Assembly: GCA_951406725.2 (NCBI GenBank)
Contig: OX597819.1
Span: 126,542,001-126,606,000 of the forward strand
Length of the DNA stretch: 64,000 bases
Direction: 5' to 3'
From: Octopus vulgaris
Lineage: Eukaryota
A program made the position numbers and the translations under genes. Positions 54,272-64,000 of this stretch are shown here, piece after piece (within the stretch, counting starts at the first letter, position 1; every line of letters begins with the position of its first letter). The notes beneath the pieces are model-generated. The model was not told the origin of the DNA and made no database searches. It saw only the letters and a program-made list of their open reading frames with translations.

Positions 54272-54597
54272 TACACATAAACACACCAATTTTAAAATTG
54301 AAATACTGACTTACATCATGTAATTTTTGCTTATTGACTCTTACATAGACTTTATACTATTTATATCTGCTTACACAGAAAATAAAACCGCTCTGCTAAA
54401 AAAACCAACAAACGAAAAAAAACCAACTTAATACACACTTACACGGATATGGAGCATGCACACACTGTTTAAGATGTGAAAAACTGCAACAAGAAAAAGG
54501 ACATATTTAATGCCTAAATTCCTCTGATGAAACCTTATATATGTATATTAGAAATCTAATCCTTCTATATTGAAAAGATTATCATTATTATTATTAC

Positions 54598-54664
<67 letters not shown>

Positions 54665-54926
54665 GTTGTTGTTGTTGTTGTTATTAATGTTATTGTTGTT
54701 GTTGTTTTGCAATAAGAAGCGAAGAGAAATGTACGAAGGACTATAGGAAATATGCGTAAAACTATAAATATAAGTCTTAGATGTAATATAGCCAAACCCA
54801 AAACTGATGCATATTGAACTATTAAAGATAATTGAAATCACAGCTGAAATGAAATGCTGCCCAGTTTTGCTGAGAAGCTGTAAGTCAAATAGACCATATG
54901 TATGCGTGTCAGACACGGCACAGTTA

Positions 54927-54957
<31 letters not shown>

Positions 54958-54964
<7 letters not shown>

Positions 54965-55277
54965 TAGGCTTCAGCAAAGATTTGCTTTGCCACATACCGA
55001 AGTTACTTTAAGAAGAGACACCCGGACAAAAGCAAAATCAAAAACAAAAGCTTTGTTTTTGTCCGGGAGTCTCTTCTTAAAGTAGAAGAAATAGCTAAGG
55101 TTCTGTGGCTGCTATTTCTAAACTTCGGTATGTGGTAAAGCAAATCTTTGCTGAACCCTAATTATAAAATATTACTTAAGTTTACCGCGAGAAATGGTTC
55201 TTTTTTAATGCCGAATTCTACTTGGTGAAATTATTGATTACTAGTTGATTAATTAATTTTACCCTTTGTTATTATTG
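54958..55277 (-). mobile_element. Family F copy 2 with a long foldback
   Basis: Inverted arms 54958-55004/55121-55167 and 55005-55036/55052-55083; (TA)n on both sides. Confidence 0.85.
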
Positions 55278-55278
55278 T

Positions 55279-55416
<138 letters not shown>

Positions 55417-55589
55417 CGTTTTTTCTCTTTAACTGATGAACAAGGTTAGACAAGCGGTTGGGATTGTAGATGTTTATATGAACTCTCGACTCGTAGGAGG
55501 AGAGAAATTACTGGTCTTGATAGGCAGTGACCCCGAGGCCTAACCCCTCTTCCCTCTTTGAATAAATAAGTGCGGAAATGTATGAGATT

Positions 55590-56346
55590 CATACATACAC
55601 ACACACACACACATACATACATACATACATACTTACATACATACATATATACATACATACATACATACATACATACATACATACATACATGCATACATAC
55701 ATACATACATTCATACATACATACATATATACATTCATACATACATACATACATACATACATACATACATACATACATACATACATACATACATACATAC
55801 ATACATACATACATACATACATACATACATACATACATACATACATACATACATACATACATACATACATACATACATACATACATACATACATACATAC
55901 ATACATACATACATACATACATACATACATACATACATTCATACATACATACATACATACATGCATACATACATACATACATACATACATACATACATAC
56001 ATACATACATACATACATACATACATACATACATACATACATACATACATACATACATACATACATACATGCATACATACATACATACATACATACATAC
56101 ATACATACATACATACATACACATACATACATACATACATACATACATACATACATACACACATACATACATACATACATACATACATACATACATACAT
56201 ACATACATACATACATACATACATACATACATACATACATACATACATACATACATACATACATACATACATACATACATACATACATACATACATACAT
56301 ACACACATACATACATACATACATACATACATACATACATACATAC

Positions 56347-56377
<31 letters not shown>

Positions 56378-56487
56378 CATACATACATACATACATACAT
56401 ACATACATACATACATACATACATACATACATACATACATACACACATACATACATACATACATACACACATACATACATACATACA

Positions 56488-56521
<34 letters not shown>

Positions 56522-56554
56522 CATACATACATACATACATACATACATACATAC

Positions 56555-56585
<31 letters not shown>

Positions 56586-56758
56586 CATTCATACATACAT
56601 ACATACACACATGCATACATACATACATACATACATACATACATACATACATACATACATACATACATACATACATTCATACATACATACATACATTCAT
56701 ACATACATACATTCATACATACATTCATACATACATACATACATACATACATACATAC

Positions 56759-56789
<31 letters not shown>

Positions 56790-56867
56790 CATACATACAT
56801 ACATACATACATACATACATACATACATACATACATACATACATACATACATACATACATTCATACA

Positions 56868-56901
<34 letters not shown>

Positions 56902-57030
56902 CATTCATACATACATACATACATACATACATACATTCATACATACATACATACATTCATACATACATACATTCATACATACATACATACATACATACAT
57001 ACATACATACATACATACATACATACATAC
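55590..57030. repeat. ~1.4-kb (CATA)n microsatellite
   Basis: Directly visible. Confidence 0.98.
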
Positions 57031-57240
57031 GTACGTACGTACGTATGTATGTATGTGTATGAGAGGAGAGAGCGCGAGCGAGAGAAAGAAAGAGAGAGAG
57101 GGAGAGGGAGAGAGAAAGATGGAGAGGGAGAGAGAGACGAAGGTGTGCTTACATATGAATATGTACATACAGTTATTAGGTGCAGAAATAGAAATAATCT
57201 TTTCTACTCTAGGCACAAGGCCCGAAACTTTTTGGGTGAA

Positions 57241-57590
57241 CCCTGCTGTACTCTTTCAGCACAACTTTCTCTCACTCTTTCTTCCTGTTTCTGTTGTACC
57301 CGTATTTCAAAGGGCCAGCCTTGTCACACTCTGTGTCGCTCTGAGTTAAGGGTACTCGTGTCTGTGGAATGCTCAGCCACTTGCATATTAATAAATGAGC
57401 TGCGACGTCAATTGTGCCAAGCTGTATCGGCCCCTTTGCTTTTCCCTTGGATAACATCGGCGGCGTGGAGAGGGGAGGCTGGTATGCATGGGCGACTGCT
57501 GGTCTTCCATAAACAACCTTGCCCAGACTTGTGCCTCGGAGGGTAACTTTCTAGGTGCAATCCCATCGTCATTCATGACCGAAATGGATC
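57241..57590 (+). mobile_element. SINE fragment sharing the family C central module but with a different 3' part
   Basis: GTACTCTTTCAGCACAACTTTCTCTCACTCTTTCTTCCTGTTTCT is shared with the 5.3 and 39.9 kb copies, then unrelated sequence follows. Confidence 0.7.
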
Positions 57591-57885
57591 ACAACATAAC
57601 TCTTCTTTCTAATCCTGCTAGGAACTGTTTGACATTTTTCAAGTCCTGCAGCGAGAGTAACTGATTCTAGTACTGGAAACACATTGGCATAACCGATACC
57701 ACTTCATTTTCTGGGCATGGTGCTAGTGTCATTAATAGTACTGATGCTAATATAGGTGACTGCAACCAGTTCCTCAGAATTCTGGCCAGTTTAAGAGTGA
57801 AGAACAAATAGTTTCTAGAATACACTTTTAAAATACAGAAAAAAACAAACAAAACTTACGAGTAACATAAAAGTTTCCTGCCGAC

Positions 57886-58535
<650 letters not shown>

Positions 58536-59852
58536 CTATGATCGTTATCCTAAATTGACAAAAATTATATTTATAGAAATTTCTGCCAACATCATATATA
58601 ACAAAAATTCATCTTGTTACAATTATGTGTGTGTGTATGTGAGAGTGTGTGTGTTTGTGTGTATGTGTGTGTGTGTGTGGGTGTGTGTAAGGTAATGATC
58701 TCTCTATTTTTCATTCCTCTCTCTCTCTCTCTCTCGCTTCTGTCTCACTGTCACCCTCTTCTTACACCCTGTAAATTTGTAAGTCCGTCCCTCTTTGTCT
58801 CTGCCACTCTGTCTGTCGGCCTGTCTGTCACACACACACACACACACACACAGACACACACACACACACACACACACTCAGTCACTCACACACACACACA
58901 CACACACACATATATAGGTATGATCAACAGAAATTGTTTTCTTCCGGTGAACTTTTCGTCTGATTGTTTTTCTAATCGTTAAATGGAGGAGGAAACAGGT
59001 TTCATGTCTTCGTGCTTATACTTCTCTCTCCCTCTCTTCCACCCCTCTCTCCCTCTCTTCCACCTCTCTCTCCCTCTCTTCCACCCCTCTCCTCCACCTC
59101 TCTCTGTTTTATTTTGGTGTGCGCCGGTATTATTTTTATATAAGTTTGGTTATCTCGTTTCTGTTGTCTTCTGTCATGTCAGAGAAGAATTGGGATGGCA
59201 ATGAAAGAAAGAAAAATTGTGTGATGGTGAAACAAACAGAGAGAGAGGGGGGAAAGAGAGGGTGGGGGTGGGAAGAGTGTGTAGGAAAAAAGAAAACTTA
59301 GACAAGAAGTGTAGGGACCGTTTTGACATGAGTAATATTTACATGAACAATACAAAATAATTATAGAGCATGGACCCAATGTAGTACTAAAATAGAGCTG
59401 TTTGATGACGATAGGGCACAATGGGTTAACTCGATGTTTAAGCCCCTCACTCTCTCTCTCTCTCTCTCTTTATTTCTCTCACACACAGACACACGCACAT
59501 ACACTCACACACATACATACATACTCGTAAGTATATAAATCTTTGACCCTTTATATGGTGGGTGTTACTCTTTCTGAAGTACCGGTGACCAATGGAGTGG
59601 AAGGAAATATGGCACGTTAGAATATATTTGAATATTCTTTAGCCATTCATTAGGTACTCCCTCACACACGTGTGTGTGTGTATGTATGTATGTATGTATG
59701 TATGTATGTATGTATGTATGTATGTATGTATGTATGTATGCATGTATGTATGTGTGCGCCCTTTAAAAACTTCCTCCTTGAGACGCACACCCACGCACTA
59801 GATCTGTGTATGTGTGCTTAAAGGGAGAAGTGTTTAACGAGTGCAAATATAA

Positions 59853-60250
59853 ATTTCTTTACTGCCCACAAGGGGCTAAACATAGAGGGGACACACAAGG
59901 ACAGACAAAGAGGTTAAGTCGATTACATCTGGTACTTAATTTATCGAGCCCGAAAGGATGAAAGGCAAAGTCGACCTCGGCGGAATTTGAACTCAGAACG
60001 TAACGATAGACGAAATACCTATTTCTTTACTACCCACAAGAGGCTAAACACAAAGGGGACAAACAAGGTCAGACAAACGGATTAAGTCGATTACATCGAC
60101 CCCAGTGCGAAACTGGTACATAATTTATCGACCTCGAAAGGATGAAAGGCAAAGTCGACCTCGGCGGAATTTGATCTCAGAACGTAACGGCAGATGAAAT
60201 ACGGCTGCGCTTTTTGCCCGGCGTGCTAACGATTCTGCCAGCTCGCCGCC
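59853..60250 (-). mobile_element. SINE B dimer inside a single 19-bp TSD
   Basis: TTTAACGA(G/A)TGCAAATATA at 59833-59851 and 60252-60270; internal junction ~60018. Confidence 0.92.
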
Positions 60251-60783
60251 ATTTAACGAATGCAAATATAGCCAAATGATTAAATTCATGTGATTATCAT
60301 AGTTTTCCGGGTTCGATCTCATCTCATATCTATCATCGTTGAATGTCTTGTACATTATTTTAGTCAGGTTGATCGAAGACTTCCAAACTTCATACCATTG
60401 CAATATTTTACTCGATACAATAGGAAAGCACCATACATTTTTGCCTTATTTCTCACAAACGATCAGAGCGAACAACTTTCACTTTAACCTTATGGAACCA
60501 ACGACAGAGCCTCTACATGCTCGCTCAAACTGCTAGAAATAGTATCTAGATTCTTTCTCGAGTCGCTCCTTACTTTCTTAAAAACAAAATGGCTTCTTTA
60601 CTTTATGTATGTGCCTATATACTCCTGCGTGTGCATGTGATTAGGCATACGCGGCTATGAGCATAAGGTCATAATTTCAATTCTTGATCGTGGTGGTAGA
60701 TTGTATCGTTCATTGCCCTAACTTACTCAGCTGCAATGAGCACCGGCGTTAGAACCTGTGCAAGGGCAATAATAATAATAATA

Positions 60784-60858
<75 letters not shown>

Positions 60859-60905
60859 TCGAAAAATACCTGAGGAGTGAGAACCCAAGGTCGAAATTTC
60901 CTCAA

Positions 60906-60950
60906 GACACCTGATGAAGGCTGGAAGGCATATCAGCCGAAACGTGTGTT
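60906..60950 (+). ncRNA. Minimal type I hammerhead ribozyme motif (PLE-type) within a ~165-bp element (60858-61022) next to (AAT)n
   Basis: GACAC-CTGATGA-A-GGCTG-(10 nt)-CAGCC-GAAA-CG-T-GTGTT: intact core and 5-bp stem II, stem I GACAC/GTGTT; the cleavage-site nucleotide H17 appears to be missing. Confidence 0.7.
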
Positions 60951-61664
60951 AACAAACAAGATGACAAATATCTGTCAAATGTAAATAATGTACATAATTC
61001 CTCATCTCTTAAATATAGAACTCCATTCTTTCTGCCTGGATTGTGCTTTTAATTGAAAGAGCTTCTACTTAGTTACTTTGTGTGTCGCTGATTGTGTCAC
61101 TTTGCGTCACGCTGTGATTTGTGTCACTTTGCGTCACGCTGATTCAACCTCAGATTGATGTTAAGTGTTGGTGCCCGTGTATGTGTGAAAATCTCAACTT
61201 CTATGACGATGGATAAGGATGAAAGGGGTTTGTATACAAGAACTCTAATTTGATCTTAACTACTCAACCATACGTGCTCCCTTTAAACACAGACATACAC
61301 ACAAACGTACACACACACACACACGCACGTACATACACACGTACATGTGTGACTGTGAGCGTGTGAATGAGCGACTACATGAAAGTATTTAAGGCAGAGG
61401 GGCTTGAAAAGGTGGAATGGAGTAATTACTATGATGAATAAAATTAAGACGTTTTGAATTTGTCTAAAATACGACGAAAAAAAGAAGAGGGTAGAAACTA
61501 TTTTGTTATTTCATCAACAAATAGAGCAGAAGCAAAAATTTCTCTAATAATTATTTTTCGAGGGCGTTATTGTGCCTTAAACCATGACTCGTTAACATTG
61601 GTTTAAATCATATTTCTGATCCAATATAGTAAGCTTCATTAGTCAATTACTTAATTGAGGACTA

Positions 61665-62010
61665 AAGTATGAGGTTGTCAAATAAATTCCTTGGCTTTTG
61701 TATTTTTCGATAACAACTTTATTAGTCAATGATATATTCCTCATTGTTCATGATTTCTTGCCAATGTTCCAGTGGCTTATCAATACATTGATAGTAGAAA
61801 TCACTAGCTCTTCATTCGAAGAGTTCAACTAGCTGCATTTTCGGCCCCACGTCGTTGTGGGACGAAGTACAGACAATTGGAGAGCGAGAGATAATAATCT
61901 GAAGGCGTTATACCAAGAGGATATGGTAAGTACCTTAGAACCTCCCGATCGAGCTCATGAATAACAATTCTGGTCAAATTAGTGTCTTGGAGATGAGCGT
62001 TGCGGCGTTG
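61665..62010 (-). mobile_element. Mariner transposase C-terminal relic
   Basis: Minus strand: RRNAHLQDTNLTRIVIHELDREVLRYLPYPLGITPSDYYL (YSPDLAPSDY motif) ... ASDFYYQCIDKPLEHWQEIMNNEEYIID* (stop at 61722-61724). Confidence 0.85.
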
Positions 62011-62198
62011 AAAAAGTTGTATTCAGTTGTCATGTCTGAAAGTGGTAAACTTTATTGGAATTTCATAATCGATAAGCAGAAGTTATAAAAGAAGAATACA
62101 GCTACAAATAACTACGAAGCACTACGATAAAAATATTTTGTGCTAATTGAAATTACACTAGAAGGAAATGAATAAATTTATCTGACTGGTCAATAATA

Positions 62199-62650
62199 AA
62201 TATTTCTTTACTGCCCACAAGGAGCTAAACACAGAGAGGACAAACAAGGACAGGCAAACGGATTAAGTCGATTACTTTGACCCCAGTGCGTAACTGGTAC
62301 TTAATTTATTGACCCCGAAAGGATGAAAGGCAAAGTCGACCTCGGCGGAATTTGAGCCCAGAACGTAACGACAGATGAAATACGGCTACGCATTTCGCCC
62401 GGCGTGCTAACGTTTCTTATTTCTTTATTGCCCACAAGGGGCTGAACATAGAGGGGACAAACAAGGACAGACAAACGGATTAAGTCGATTACATCGACCC
62501 CAGTGCGTAACTGGTACTTAATTTATCGACCCCGAAAGGATGAAAGGCAAAGTCGACCTCGGCGAAATTTGAACCCAGAACGTAACGGCAGACGAAATGC
62601 GGCTACGCATTTCGCCCGGCGTGCTAACGTTTCTGCCAGCTCGCTACCTT
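62199..62650 (-). mobile_element. SINE B dimer inside a single 18-bp TSD
   Basis: TCTGACTG(G/C)TCAATAATA at 62181-62198 and 62651-62668; junction ~62417. Confidence 0.92.
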
Positions 62651-62960
62651 TCTGACTGCTCAATAATATAACTAACCAGGAAAATTTTAATTATTCAGTT
62701 GTGACAAGAATCAATCAATATCTAAATAGTAACTATACACTGGTTAACGAGCAGACAACCCAGCTGATTTCACATTAAACTTCATCATATAACTCAGAAA
62801 ATCGCTTGCACTAGAGGTCAGTGACTAAATGCAATTTGCTAGACTATTCAGCACATCAATAACAGATGAACCTCTACATAGACATTCAATTCGCAAGAAA
62901 TAGCCAAATCTCCCTCAAATTTTATTCTGTTGTCTTAACAAAAGGAAGGAAATAGGACGT

Positions 62961-63150
62961 AGGCGCGATCGATGCCCGCCTTCGCCCGCCTTTTGAAGCT
63001 CGCCTTCGCCCGCCTCTGGACGTCCGCCTCTTCACGCCCGCCTTTTGAAGCTCAACTTCGTCCGCCTTCGCCCGCAGCTCCGCCGCGTTACCGTGCCCGA
63101 TCTAGTGAGGCTGAAGCAAACCTCGCGGTATCGCCCAGTGATGTACACTG
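62961..63150. other. GC/CpG-rich island of (C/T)CGCC repeats ending in the palindrome CAGTGATGTACACTG
   Basis: About nine CCCGCC/TCCGCC-type units and a duplicated CGCCCGCCTTTTGAAGCTC in an AT-rich background. Confidence 0.6.
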
Positions 63151-63524
63151 CTTGGAAAAAAGTAAAAAGAAAAACTGATGAGATTTAGAATGGGATACCA
63201 TTCATCATACTCTTTGTTAGAGCTAAATAACTACAACAATGTCAATTATCCCTTACATTTTCTTTCCTCGGACAACCAAAATAACGACAAGTTAGTCAGA
63301 TGAGCCTTTATTTCTGTCTACACAAAATATTGAACTTACATTTCAAAAATACCATCCAAGAGACAATAAGTTAGAAGTTCATGTTGGTGTTATGCTTAGG
63401 GTACCATATATTTGGTTTTGTTCATAGTGTTGTTCTAGAGAATGTTTAAGAAACCATAAGAAAATTATGTTTGTTTTAAAATTTAAGATTATATAGATAG
63501 TAAAAATACTGTAGGATGTGGGTA

Positions 63525-63597
<73 letters not shown>

Positions 63598-63699
63598 TCA
63601 TTGGTTCAGGCTGTTCCTCTCTGAAAATTGCTTTAAAGGTGCGTGTTTGCGTGTGTGTGTGTTTGTGTGTACACACACGCGCGCATATATATCTATATC

Positions 63700-63747
<48 letters not shown>

Positions 63748-64000
63748 TGTATGTATGTATGTATGTACGTATGTATATATATGTATATATATATATGCAC
63801 GCGCACACACAAGTACATACTTGCATTAACACCTGATCTATGTACGCATGTATGTATGTATGTATGTATGTATTCATGTATGTATGTGTGTATGTATGTG
63901 TGTATGTATGTATGTATGCATGTATGTATGTATGTGTGTATGTATGTATGTGTGTATGTATGTATTTATGTATGTGTGTATGTGTATGAGCATGTATGTT

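Noticed and set aside
57620-57815. Further exon-like segments (also 110-191, 19.8 kb, 25.84 kb, 35.77 kb, 52.44 kb)
   Set aside because: AG/GT boundaries are ambiguous or frames contain stops; cannot be supported without RNA data.

Overview
AT-rich, microsatellite-saturated eukaryotic non-coding DNA, most likely intronic or intergenic. The tRNA-headed SINE families and repeat content look like a coleoid cephalopod, probably Octopus (inference from recalled repeat families). Almost all ORFs in the supplied track are translations of (TA)n, (CA)n, (TATG)n, (AAT)n or (GTA)n arrays. Supported content: many copies of two main SINE families (several with TSDs, some as dimers); two decayed mariner transposases; three relics of R4/Dong-type REL-endonuclease LINEs; a CR1-type RT fragment; a Penelope-like (PLE) GIY-YIG relic; a non-autonomous Helitron; and a few phase-compatible candidate exons on the + strand. 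Most notable: (i) a ~190-bp TA-associated repeat family in 3 copies carrying a minimal hammerhead-ribozyme fold with a variant core (CUGUAGA-A instead of CUGANGA); (ii) a separate canonical-core minimal hammerhead at 60.9 kb; (iii) a ~210-nt foldback in a TA-embedded element; (iv) SINE dimers with recurrent junctions and target-site microhomology. No intact transposase/RT ORF, rRNA, true tRNA or CRISPR array was found.
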